Shown in pieces: positions 48,471 to 60,457 of a stretch of DNA of 64,000 nucleotides (its first letter is position 1; each line of letters starts with the position of its first letter). The DNA lies in NCBI RefSeq assembly GCF_006345805.1, contig NC_043007.1:32178001-32242000 (forward strand). Direction: 5' to 3'. The translations under genes and the position numbers were made by a program. Source of the stretch: Octopus sinensis. Its lineage: Eukaryota. The notes under the pieces were generated by a model. It saw only the letters and a program-made list of their open reading frames with translations, did no database searches and had not been told where the DNA came from.

Positions 48471-49721
48471 TCCTAAACACTAGTGAGGCCTAACATTTGT
48501 GATAATTTTGAGAATTTTGTTTTGTTCATAACAAAAGAGAGTGAGTTATAATGTTGTTTTTTTGATACAGTAGGATAATTTGAATGTGTGCCAACCCAGA
48601 GCAGCCCCTGCGTTGCCCCCCATCCCCAGCTATGCTACTGCTTTGATACATGTAGTGTTTATAACTGTGTACTTTTAAAAGAAAGAGACTATGGTGTCAT
48701 GTTCCTATTGAAGGATATTTTCAGATATTTTCTCCTAGGTTCTGGGTTCAGTCCCACTGCGTGGTATCTTGGGCAAGTGTCTTCTACTATAGCCTCGGGT
48801 CGACCAAAGCCTTGTGAGTGGATTTGGTGGACGGAAACTGAAAGAAGCCCATTACGCCGTATATACGTATATATATGTGTGTATGTTTGTGTGTCTGTGT
48901 TTGTCCCCCCAACATCGCTTGACAACCGATGCCGGAGTGTTTATGTCCCTGTAACTTAGCGGTTCGGCAAAAAAATTTGTATAATTTTCGCACGCTAGTG
49001 TGTATCTGACAAGATCATCAGTGTAGACGGGTAAAGAGTGTTTTGGAAAGGAATCGAAGAGCGTGTGCAATATGGAGTTGGGAACAAAACAGAAAATGTG
49101 AAAGTTTTCTCTGAAAGAATTCCGTTTATAGAATTATCTGCAATGGCAAGTGGCGCATACTGTTTGAATACTTCTTTTAGTAGAGAGTCTGAAGGACAAC
49201 TGCAATGTGAAATACTGGAATTTGCCGCCCGTTTCTATTTCCTGAGATGTATATATGATTTGAACACCGTGCAAATTTTGACAGCTAGTTGAAACTGTTT
49301 CGTTTCACTTGTAACATTTTTCTCATACTTGCACACAAAGACATCTATTTTTTTAAAATCATAGAACCAGTTTTTATTTACTAGGGGCATAGCACAAACG
49401 GGTCTTAGGACGAAAGCTCACGAACAATAATAACGATTTAAACAACTGACAAGCATAGAAGTATATTTATACCCTCGTATATTTGGTTTCTATCTAAGAG
49501 ATTGAAAACTTAACTTTTGATAAACTTTTACGTTCCGTACTTGACCCCAAAATGCTTGTATGTTTCAAACAGTTGATAATGGAATTTGAAATCAAGTGTC
49601 TGTTCCAAGAAAGAATAAGAAGTGGAGGAAATTTAGTTTATTTTACGCTGTATTAATAAACACAGAGGAAAACGAGTCAATTCAAACTATGTGAAATCAT
49701 CTCAATTCGTAGAAATAAGTC

Positions 49722-50311
49722 AATACCTAAGCGGTCAAAATATACAAATGCTGTCTATGACAAGAGGGAAGTAAAATTTTAAAAATAAAATAACAACCCG
49801 TCGGTACTAGCGAACAATGGTCCCGGAGCGCGCACTCGCGCTAGCTAGTCGTAAGTAGTCGATCCTACGACTTCTTAACCCTAAGCCTAATTTTTTAACC
49901 TTTAACCCTAACCCTAGTTTGTTTATAAAAATAATTTATTTACTTAGTTAAAAAAATTATTTAAGATCGACCACTTACGACTAGCTAGCGCGGATGCGCG
50001 TGTGCGCGCACCAGGACCACTGTTCGCTAGTAATACCCAACAGGTTTTGTTTTTATAGAATCGAGAGCTAAGTTTAGGCATGGGTATTTTCTGAAATTGC
50101 TAGAGGAGGACTTTAGTGCTTTGGTAAGCGGTTAATACCTAAGTGGCCAAAATATACAAATGCTGTCTATCACAAGAGTGAAGTAAAATTTAAAAAATAA
50201 TAAAATCACAGCCCGTCTTGTTTTGATAGAATCGAGAGCTAAATTTAGGCATGGGTATTTTCTGAAATTGCTTAGAGTGAGGCGGGGGACTTAAGTGGTT
50301 TTTGGTGAGTG
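49722..50311 (+). promoter_or_regulatory. CMTR1 proximal promoter region: about 175-bp tandem duplication, first copy interrupted by a CpG-rich MITE
   Basis: AATACCTAAG..CAAAATATACAAATGCTGTCTAT at 49722 and 50134; GAATCGAGAGCTAA..GGCATGGGTATTTTCTGAAATTGC occurs twice; ETS-like GGAAGT at 49767 and 50334. Confidence 0.6.
49803..50037. mobile_element. CpG-rich MITE with about 65-bp TIRs and internal TAACCC repeats
   Basis: GGTACTAGCGAACAATGGTCC...GTCGTAAGTAGTCGATC is mirrored by GATCGACCACTTACGAC...GGACCACTGTTCGCTAGTAATACC. The ends may extend a few bp. Confidence 0.85.
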
Positions 50312-50440
50312 CCCGTTGCGAGTGGAGCCAAGAGGAAGTGTGGAAGGGAGACAACTGCGAGAGAAAACGATTTGGTCTTCGGATGGCGAAGACGATGTCT
50401 TGGCGACGGATCTCTTAGAAACACTTTGACGCATTTGAAA

Positions 50441-50471
50441 ATGTCTTTTGAGAAAGTTGAAAGGCTTTCGG
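50441..50471 (+). CDS. CMTR1: CMTR1 first coding exon (MSFEKVERLS)
   Basis: GAAAATG context and G|GTGTGT phase-1 donor, matching the phase-1 acceptor at 52959; lies in the only CpG-enriched non-SINE zone. Confidence 0.65.
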
Positions 50472-52958
50472 GTGTGTATAAGTTCTGATTATTGGCTATT
50501 CCTACCAGCCACGGGTCTTGGATATTTCGTGTCGCGACTTATCGCCCGTGCTTCTCTAATATCTTCTCATTGCTTGTCACTTCTCTTGTTGTTATTTCCT
50601 GAATTGGTTATTTTCTGTTCATGTCAGGTTAACTCTAATAAAAACCCTTCGTATGATGCATACGAGGTGAATAACGATTCAATGATGCATGATTTAAACA
50701 GGAATGGAAAGATTTCTGAGGTAATCAGGCAAATAAATACATCAGGTAATCTGTAAGGATCGATGTAGACTTCAAATGTTGTCCTCAATGTTATGTTACC
50801 GAGCCATGGACACATGCCTTTCGGAAAAGAAGTTCCATCGAAAGGGACAATATATACACACAAGATGGGATCTCTAAGGGGTTTTGCTTTGCAAGGTTTT
50901 ACTTATTTGAGAGATTGGGTTGTAACAACACAGCTAAAAGTGACAAACATGAAAAGCATTTCGGAACCCGAAGCCAGGAAAACAAACTATCCAGAAGCAA
51001 CGGGGTTATATAGTAGCACCTGCTTGTCTTTTAATGTCTTGGTTTCGGTTGTTTGTTTACGTGGAGTAATTAATTTAAACCTTAATTGATAAGCTATTAC
51101 ATGCCGACTCTTTTAATCGTACATTTCAATAATATATATGTATATATATATATGTGTGTGTGTGTGTGTATAACAACCCTCACCCCGTATAAAGAAAACC
51201 TTATCGTTATCGGAACATAAGCAAACAATAAATAGGGCAGAGAAATCTGAAATTTTAAAAAAAGAAACAGGATAATTAAAATTTTCAAAAAGAAAAATCA
51301 TTAAAAAAAATAATAAATGAATAATTTACTAATGAATTAATTATACTTTTTATAGATCTATAGAAAGTGAAAGTGTTCTTTCTGTAATGGTTTCATTGTT
51401 AAATACGCATTTACATTATTCTCGTTTTAATTTGGATCGAAAAATGTTTGGTTGCTGGAAATTTTAACTCAGGAAATTTGTCGGGTTTCATGTATTTATA
51501 CAGACACACAGCGATCTAAGTCAAAACTCCCCATCAAAATACCATGTTAATATATATTCTAGATGTCTGTTTCATATTGACAAACTTATTTTACTAAATT
51601 ATTTCCTATTTTCTAAAGTAACAGCAACAAAGTATTGTATTTTGACAGATTTTTAGCAACGAAAGGTTTAACTGCGAGACTGTTACAGTTTTTAGCGTTG
51701 TTTGATGATCGAACAAACCATGAAGTGTTTAATTTATGGTCCCTTATATTTTCAGTTCAGGTTTTGTTGCGGTTAAATTTACCATTTGTTTTTTTCTTGG
51801 GCTGATAACATATGTAAAGTTCCAATCAACCATTGGATTCGATCTCGTAAAACATTTCGTAAAACATCTTCAGTATGAATGGAATTATGATAGACTTGTT
51901 ATTTGATATTAAGTTTCTCTCCGAACCAAGCTGACTAATGTCTGTCTCACATATTGATGGGAATCACCCATGGTTATGGAAAATGTCCCCTCAGTAGTGG
52001 ATGCTTGTGCATAACGACGAGTTTTAAGGAAGAATAGGCTATTATATATCATTCATGACACACCTGTGGATGCAGGTGTCTTAGTGATTTGGCTGTTGCA
52101 CTCGTGATCATAAGATTGTGGTTTCAATCCCTGGACTGGGCGATGTGTCGTGTTCTGGCGCAAAACACTTTATTTCAGATTGGTCCAGTCCACTCAGGTG
52201 GAAAAAAGGAGTAATTCTATGACCGATTGGTGTCCTATCCAAGTGGGGAATATATACACCACAGAATCATCCAGGAAACTGGCCTTACGATCCTATGGCT
52301 TGAGAATGATCTTTGATCCTTTCCTCATGGTACACCAACAGCCTGTAACCGGAATCTGTGATTGGATCCAGTCTCATGGTTGATTAAGACAAGTGGGGAC
52401 TCTTCTCTTAAGGCGAGATATTAAATAGGCTTTTATAGACAGACAGGAAGTGAATTGAACGTTGCAATCTAACAAACTACTGTTCTGTATCTGCTCAGCC
52501 AGCACTGACCTTGGGTTGTAGAATAACATTTTTACAATGCTGCTTCTACTTACACAGTTCCTGTTTACAACTAGTGGACTGAGGCAACTGATCATTTGAC
52601 TTGGTACCTGTCATTTCAGTCATCTACACTTAAAGCAAATAAGAGTTCAGTGTTATAAAGTAATGCAAAATTGTTGATAAAATCAAGCCCATAGCCTAAT
52701 TTTATTTTTCGTATAGAACCCAGTTAAGTCACAACCCTCTCTCTCTTTCGGAGAGGCACTGAGCACCTACACACACACATACACACACGGCAGGAACTTC
52801 CACCTACCGAATTCAATCACAAAGCTTCGGTCGACTCGGGGCTATAGTGGACAATATTCGTTCTTAATTATTTATTCAGTGAACTCTACAAAGGTAATTA
52901 ACAGGTTTCATATCTACAATGTGATTTGTTAAATAAATGACTTCCTTTTACCTTCCAG

Positions 52959-53173
52959 ATTCTGAAAGCGATGCAGATCAGTTTAATCTTGGTGCAGGTC
53001 ATGAAAGCAGCGCCCTCAGTGACAGCAATGATGAGGGCAGAGGTGACAGCTATGTTCCTTTCTTCTCACAGAAGAGAAAATTGGAAACTTCAGATGATGA
53101 AGGATCAAACAGACCAACAAAGGTTCCAAGAACACCTCGTACAAAAACAAGTCCCGTGGCTAATAATGCTGGA
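52959..53173 (+). CDS. CMTR1: CMTR1 N-terminal exon A (DSESDADQFNLGAGHESSALSDSNDEG...QKRKLETSDDEG...)
   Basis: CCAG acceptor and GTAAGT donor, 215 nt, phase 1 to 0; paralogous to 56097 and 58933. Confidence 0.85.
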
Positions 53174-55018
53174 GTAAGTATTTGGTTTTTAATTTAACAG
53201 AATTAATTGAACATTGGACAAAATGCCTTGCTGTTGTTTACAAGGAGGCAGCTATACTTTCGTCTCTCAGAGATTCTTTAGTTAAATTCAGGATATTGTG
53301 AGGAAATCTTTTGAAAAGGTAAAAGCAAGAATGAAAATGTCAGTCTTTGGATGGTCACTGTGTACTCAATGTACTCTCTGAATGGGCAAAAGTACATACA
53401 AAGGAAAGAAATATGTGGAAAGGGCACTAAGTAACTGTGGTATTCGTACACATATGGGGAGAAGTTTTTGAGGAGTAGGGCAAAGACCATACTTTTTGCC
53501 CCCAAATTTTTAATATTGCCCCAAAACACTCAAAGACAAAGTTGATTAGACTAATTAATATTGTAATTAAGCTAAAACTGCAATGCTGGTACATAAGTGA
53601 AAATTTTGATTATGAAATGACAATATTTGATGACATTTTTGATATTTTACACATCAGGGAAGAAATGAAACAAGCTCAGAAGAGATTTCTTCTTCTTTGT
53701 CATCTGGAAGCTAAATATGCTGACAATGTTGCCAACATCTTGACATAAAGTTGCATTTGCAGAGAAACCAGAGCCAAATGTTTTAGATGATCTTGTCCCA
53801 TCATGTTGAATAGATAATTCTTCAATCTTCTGAGGATATTAAAAGAATATCGAGAACATGGCATGGCAGGAATCGTGGGTAAAATTTGAAATGCAGATAT
53901 AAGCATGAACTTATTGTATACAGTGTTCAGGTAGACTACAACTCATCACAAATACTAACCAGAACTGCATGAACAGTACATAGAATATGCCCAGGGAGTG
54001 AACAGGGAATAAGTCTACATAACAAAAAAAACAAAAAAAAACCCCAACATATTAAGATAAAATGTTCCAAACCCAGGCAAGGCTGCACAGCAACTTGGGG
54101 GAATGTCTTCTACCATAGCCTAAAACCAAACCCAAGCCTTCTAGGATAAAATCATGGAAACAGAACGGCATGGGAGCTCATATGTAGATTTTTTATTCAA
54201 AGGGCTCTGCCTTGTCATCCAGTACTTTGCAGAATCTTTTTGATATTTGGTAGGAATGAGACAAGATAGAAAGCAGTGACTGGTTTTAGATAAGAAGAAT
54301 AAGTAAGCAGTGAGAATGTTGAAAGGGGTGGAGATTCGTGGCTTGGTGAGTTAGGGTGTTAGACTCATGGCTGTAAGATTGTGGTTTTTATCCCTGGACT
54401 GGGCAGTGCCTTGTGTTCTTGAATGAAACACTTCAGTCCATTCAGCTGGTAAAAACGAGTAATTATGCAATGGACTGGCGTCCTATCCAGGGAGGAATGT
54501 ATATGCCAGAGAAACTGAGAAACCAGCTCTATGCTCCTTACAGAGTCTTGTGGTCTAACCATGTCGAATAAGCAGGGACCATTACAGCTGTAGAAGAGAC
54601 TGGACACAGCTTGGTTAAAGTCAAAATAGTTAAAGAGTGTCCGTAAATGAAGGTTTACTTATAGGAATTAGTAATTGCAATCAAAATGTGTCTACAGGAA
54701 ATCATTAATTGATTAGTCATGAATATATTTTTAAAGGGGGACAACTACAATCCCTTGTCAAAAATTGTGACATGATCTCTTGTTGGCGCCCAAAGGGACA
54801 CACGGAATTAAAGGAATTAAGAAAACACTTTTTACGCTCCATTCAACTATTTTAGTTTGAGATAATTTCTCAGATAATTCTATTCTATCCTATGTATTTC
54901 ATTTTATTTATAATTTTTTTTTTTACCATTTTGGGAGATAAAGTATGCCTTATCTTCCACATTTTTTGCCTCACTGGAAATTGAGAAATTCTAAATAATC
55001 AATTTTCTGTTTCTTTAG

Positions 55019-55121
55019 AAAAAACAAAACAGAAATATCAGTTACAGTCAAATGAGTGCTTCAGATTCCTATGAAGGATTCAAAAAGTATGGCATATTGG
55101 ATTTAAATTCGGAAGTAAAAG
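55019..55121 (+). CDS. CMTR1: CMTR1 N-terminal exon a (KKQNRNISYSQMSASDSYEGFKKYGILDLNSEVK)
   Basis: TTTAG acceptor and GTCAGT donor, 103 nt, phase 0 to 1; restores the frame between exons A and B. Confidence 0.8.
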
Positions 55122-55193
55122 GTCAGTCAGTAATTTTCACAAAATCTTAATCAATTGGGGATCATAAGTATGTTTTTATTTTACTCCTTACAG

Positions 55194-55232
55194 CTGATGT
55201 CACTGTAAAACCCCTAATTACTTTGTTGGATG
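55194..55232 (+). CDS. CMTR1: Candidate 39-nt symmetric cassette exon (ADVTVKPLITLLD)
   Basis: TCCTTACAG acceptor after a 72-nt intron and G|GTTAAT donor, phase 1 to 1; paralog at 57640. Confidence 0.35.
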
Positions 55233-56096
55233 GTTAATTAGCCTTCCAAATCAGATCAAGCTGATTTATTAAACACACTCCTGTCTTGGTTCCTTTTGAG
55301 TGTTGGGCCTCACGGAGGCGAGGTGGCTGAGTTCCTTTCAAGCAGGCCTCACAGAGGTGAGTGTTGGACTGGCGTCCCATCCAGCTGGGGAACACATACG
55401 CCATAGAAACCGGGAAATCAGGCCCATGAGCTTGGCTAGGCTTTATAAAAGGCGCATTTATTTTTTATTTTATAATAGTAATTACAAAATCAAACCAAAT
55501 GCTGATTTCAATTTTTGGCACAAAGCCAGCAATTTTTGGGAAAAAATTTTTTAAATTAACAAATTTGGGAGAAAATTGGGTGGGGGACGGGTGGAAGTCT
55601 TTCCTTATTATTTAGTGTTAGAAATAATGGAAGGAAACATGGGACAAAGCAGCCACTTCATCATCATCATCATCATCATCATCATTTAAAGTCTCATAAT
55701 TAATGATCAGCTGCCTTGGTCTGCCTGTTTACAGCTAGGTGGACTGAGGCAACTGACTATCTTGGTAACAAACACAATACAGTATCGGTTGCCGTATTTG
55801 AACTGTCAACTCTCTTAACTCATTACCCAGTACTCTAAAAACTCAGCCAGCGACACTCAAAGCAAATAAGAGCTCAGTGTTATAAAATAATGCAAAATTG
55901 TTGATAAAATCAAGCCCATAGCCTAATTTTATGTTTCATATAGAACCCAGTTAAGTCTTAAAACATCCATGGAAAAGGCATGAATGTCACAACCTCTTAA
56001 TCACTTATCCATTGAATCTACCTAACAAAACTCAACATACGGGTTTCATATCCACAGAATGGTTCATAGAATGAATGATTTTCTTTCACCTTGCAG

Positions 56097-56311
56097 ACTC
56101 TGAAAGCGATGCAGATCAGTTTAGCCTCAGTGCAGGTCATGAAAGCAGCGCCCTCAGTGACAGCAATGATGAGGGCAGAGGTGATAGCTATGTTCCTTTC
56201 TTCTCTCGGAATAGAAAACTGGAGACTTCAGATGATGAAGAAGCTAACAGATCAACAAAGGTTCCAAGAACACCTCGTACAAAACCAAGTTCCTTGACAG
56301 ATAGCACGGAA
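56097..56311 (+). CDS. CMTR1: CMTR1 N-terminal exon B (duplicate of A)
   Basis: GCAG acceptor and GTAAGT donor, 215 nt, phase 1 to 0; no stops or indels relative to A. Confidence 0.85.
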
Positions 56312-57479
56312 GTAAGTAACTGATTTATTATTCAAGAGAACCTTTTGAACATTGGACAAAGTACCTTGCATATTTTCAACTGGAAGGTTTTTCTATTCCT
56401 GGCCACCGTGTAGTTCAGACATATGCAAATCTTTTTCGTTATCATCATCATCATCATTTAACGTCCGCTTTCCATGCTAGCATGGGTTGGACGGTTCGAC
56501 TGGGGTCTGGGAAGCCAGGAGGCTGCACCAGGATCCAGTCTGATCTGGCAGTGTTTCTACAGCTTGATGCTCTTCCTAATGCCAACCACTCTGTGAATGT
56601 AGTGGGTGCTTTTTACATGCCACTGGCACAGAAGCCAGTCATGGTGGCACTGACATTGGCCATGTTCAGATGGTGCTTTTTACGTGCTACCGGCACAGGT
56701 ATCACAACTACAATTGCCATTTGATTTTTATTTTGATGTTGATGTACTTGACTCAAGCACGATCCAAGGTAAGCACAGCAGGTCGTCCTGTGATCCAAGG
56801 TACTTTGGATGGGCTGGGGCTGCTATGTAAAGTTGGTGCAGGAAACAGCCATGAACTCACACAGACCTTTGTCATTGCCTCTGTGAGGCTCAACGTTCGA
56901 TGGTCATACTTGACCACCTCAATACTGTTTGCGCTGACATTTCCTTTCATCCTTCCAGGATTGGTAAAATAAAGTACCAGTAAAGTACTGGAGTCAGTTA
57001 AACTGATTGAAGTGACCCCAAACTTTTGTAGGCTTCCTTATGCCTAATTTTGAAATTATTGAAAATGTTTGGTTTTTGCTAAAGTCTGTAGGATGAGGAC
57101 TGGCGCTGAATATGCTACAGTTGTCTTGAAATCCAGTTTCCATTCCTGAAAAGCATACTTCCAAGTGAAAGGATTTCAATTCCTGATCCCTGTGCACCTC
57201 AGGCAGATGCAAGCACTTTTATCATTAGGTGTTCTGCACTACTAAAAAATCCATGGTAATTCTTTTATTAGACATGCCATTCCAAATAAGTCCCGTGGGC
57301 CTCATTTTGCCCTTCACTGGCAAAGCCTGTCACTTGTCTTCCAGTGTTTTCTTTACAGCATTTCTTTTTTCTTTCTTTTACAATTTTAGAAGTTGAAGAA
57401 TGTCTTATCTTACACTTTGTTTTTTTATTTATCTCACTGAAATTGGAAATTCTAAATAATCAATTTTCTATTTCTTTAG

Positions 57480-57573
57480 AAAAAACTAAACAGAAATCTC
57501 GGTTACAGTCAAATGAATTCCTATGGAGTATTCGAAAAGCATGGCACATTGGATTTAAATTCAGAAGTGAAAG
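57480..57573 (+). CDS. CMTR1: CMTR1 N-terminal exon b (KKLNRNLGYSQMNSYGVFEKHGTLDLNSEVK)
   Basis: TTTAG acceptor and GTCAGT donor, 94 nt, phase 0 to 1; differs from exon a by an in-frame 9-nt indel. Confidence 0.8.
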
Positions 57574-57670
57574 GTCAGTCAGTGATTTTCATAAAATCCT
57601 AATCAGTTGGGCATCATAAGTACAATTTACTCTCTACAGCTGGTGTCACTATAAAACCTCTAATTACTTT

Positions 57671-57816
57671 GTTGGCTGGCTGGTTGGTTGGCTGGCTGGC
57701 TGGTTGGCTGGCTGGCTGGCTGGCTGGCTGGTTGGTTGGCTGGCTGGCTGGTCGGCTGGCTGGCTGGCTGGCTGGTTGGCTGGCTGGCTGGTTGGTTGGT
57801 TGGTTGGTTGGTTGGC
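57671..57816. repeat. (TGGC/TGGT)n tetranucleotide microsatellite
   Basis: Directly visible. Confidence 0.97.
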
Positions 57817-58639
57817 CTGTCAACTCTAATCAAACAGATTTGTAATCAAAGGTATTCCTTCTTTTCTTTTATACATCGAAATCAAAATCAAATTCGACGA
57901 CTAGCATCCATGCTAGCGGGGTGCAAAGAGCACCATACGAGTGTGATCGTTGACAGAGCGGCTAACCGGCTTCCATGCCAGTGGCACATAAAAGGGCACC
58001 ATTCGAGTGTGATCATTACTAGTGTCGCCTTACTGGCACTTGTGCCCGTGCTAGTAGGCTTCCAAGAACACCATCTGAGCATGATCGTTGCCAGAGCAGT
58101 CAACTGGCTTCCGTGCTGGTGGCACGTAGAAGGACACCATTCAAGTGTGATTGTTACCAATGTCACCTTACTGGCACCTGTGCCAGTGGCATGTGTAAAA
58201 GGATTTGAGCGAGGTCATTGCCAGTACTGCCTGACTGGCCCCTGTGCCGGTAGCACGTAAAAAGCACCTACTACACTCTCAGAGTGGTTGGCATTAGGAA
58301 GGGCATCCAGCTGAAGAAACTCTGCCAGATCAAGATTGGAGCCTGGTGCAGTTATCTGGTTTGCCAGCCCTCAGTCAAAAAGTCCAACCCATGCTAGCAT
58401 GGAAAGCAGACATTAAACGATGATGATGATGATGATTTATGACAAAGAACAATGATAGCTGATGAAATGCTGGGCTCCTGAGCCCCAAATAGGGGCAGCA
58501 TTTTACTGCATATAGTCTCTCACTTAACTCTTTTCATAAGACATTGCCATTACATACTGTTTATAATTATTTGGGTTTAAATATTTGGTTAAAGTCATTA
58601 ATTATTGTTCATAGAAATATGGAAAGAACTGAAGAATTC

Positions 58640-58860
58640 ATAATAATAATAATAATAATAATAATTGTGTACAGTGCTCAGGTGCACTACAACTCATCTA
58701 AAGTGTATATATAATCAGGTGTAGTTTCGGCGGATTTCGGAAAGCATGAGGGCCTTAAAAGATGCAGTGTCATGGCAGTCAACAACTGACGCAGGCAGTT
58801 TATTCCATGCTTCAGCAACTCTGAGCGTGAAAAAATGTTTCCGAAAGTCATAGGAGCTGT
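58640..58860 (-). mobile_element. 3' end of a CR1/L2-type LINE with (TTA)n tail
   Basis: The minus strand translates SSYDFRKHFFTLRVAEAWNKLPASVV...YT*, the FFxxRVxxxWNxLP C-terminal motif. Confidence 0.8.
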
Positions 58861-58932
58861 ATTGTTTTCTGAAATATCTGATTTTTTTTTTCCAATGAAA
58901 GGTTTCTCTTTTTTGTTAAATGCCTTCTTCAG

Positions 58933-59138
58933 ATTCCGATAGTGAACCTGAGCCACAAGCATTGTTATCTGGCCACGAGAGCACAACATTCAGTGACAGC
59001 AATGATGAAGGGAAACCAGAACTATTTTCTCCTTCTTTTTCTGCAAGACAATCAGAAGATTCACAGAAGGAACAAATGGCCAATAAATTCCAGAATGCAC
59101 AAACTTCTTCCTACAGTGAAACCAGTTTAAAAATTATG
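58933..59138 (+). CDS. CMTR1: CMTR1 exon C (DSDSEPEPQALLSGHESTTFSDSNDEG...YSETSLKIM), start of G-patch
   Basis: TTCAG acceptor and GTAAGC donor, phase 1 to 0; its end matches CMTR1 YNSVSQKLM. Confidence 0.9.
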
Positions 59139-59914
59139 GTAAGCAGAACACTTTACTTCATTGAATTCTTAATATTTTGTATTTATTTCTTTATTACCCA
59201 CAGGGGGATAAACAGAGAGGGGACAAACAAGGACAGACAAAGGGATTAAGTCGATTACATTGACCCCAGTACGCAACTGGCACTTAATTTATCGACCCCA
59301 AAAGGATGAAAGGCAAAGTGGACCTTGGTGGAATTTGAACTCAGAATGTAACGGCAGACGAAATACAGCTAAGCATTTCGCCCGACAGTCGGGGGTTGAC
59401 CTGCTTTCTCTTCTGCGGGTCTTACGAATAGCAAAGGGCCACGTTACGGACTTCTCCCACTCTGGGACAAAGACTGCTTCGCTCAACAAACAAATAAACA
59501 AACAAACAAGCAGCAGCAGCACCACCACCACCATCATCATCATCATCATGGCCATTAACATTGTCAGTGAATTAGATGAGCAAGGTTTCATAACTGCTTG
59601 TGGCTCTGAGTCCAGTTTCTACACAGATTTGGCAATCCAGTCATTTCTCATTGCTTGATGAATCATGTATCTCTGCTGTTAATTTCTACCTAAATTTTTT
59701 AAGTAGTTCTTAAGTCTAAAAGACTAAAAAGAGTTTACCATGCATCATTCACATTTTCTTATAATTTTCCAGATATTTTCATTTATGATATTCTGGCTGT
59801 AATAGTGTTGTAATATTATTGTCTACCTTTCAATGTTGTTGTGTAATAAATAGATTAAAGTATTGTTTGTGATTTTATTGATATTTTCTCACTCTCCCTT
59901 CTTTGCATTGACAG

Positions 59915-60073
59915 GCTAAAATGGGTTACCAAGATGGTAAAGGTCTTGGTAAAAATGCCCAAGGTCGTGTTGAAATTGTAGAAGCATCGAAGCAAAGGGG
60001 CCGACGTGGTTTCGGTCTTTATCCAAAAGCATTTTTGAAAACTGAAATGAAATGGGATCCTGACGAAGAAGAG
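59915..60073 (+). CDS. CMTR1: CMTR1 G-patch exon (AKMGYQDGKGLGKNAQGRVEIVEASKQRGRRGFG...WDPDEEE)
   Basis: CAG acceptor and GTAACA donor, 159 nt; matches human [34 protein letters not shown]. Confidence 0.95.
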
Positions 60074-60457
60074 GTAACAGTCTGTCATTAATTTAAAAAA
60101 AAACAAAACAAAACAGAATTTTAGCAAGGAAAGATAGACCCTTAATATTTGAGTTAAATCTTAGTACAAATGTTTTTCCCTTTATAGTTTTAGCTTTGCC
60201 CTGTGTATACGTTAACAATCCAGATTTTTCAGTTAAAATCAAGTACAGAACAGTGCAACTTAGACATGAGTAAATATAGTGTTTTAATAGACAAAAAATG
60301 CAACTCTGGAAATGTAGATAACCATTCCAGATCAATTTAGAATCAGAAACAAATTGTTCTTCAGGTTTTTATTGGAAAGCTACAGACAAGCAATAAACCA
60401 AAGATTCTATATGAAATATTTGGACATCATCAAGAAATGTCTTTGACCACCTTCTTA

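Noticed and set aside
22742-48993. Recurring short ORFs with GYSRRH.PKVPRSGTEPGT or MGWTVRLGSGKPGG motifs suggesting a peptide gene family
   Set aside because: They are incidental translations of SINE family A and the RTE 3'-end repeat.
49876-49916. TAACCC repeats as an interstitial telomere
   Set aside because: Only a few degenerate units, internal to a TIR-bounded MITE.
57688-58260. 190-aa Trp-rich ORF (AGWLVGWL)n
   Set aside because: It is the translation of a tetranucleotide microsatellite plus a LINE-tail repeat.
52959-59138. Initial reading of exons A, B and C as strictly mutually exclusive exons
   Set aside because: Linker exons a and b (phase 0 to 1) restore the frame, so serial inclusion is possible.
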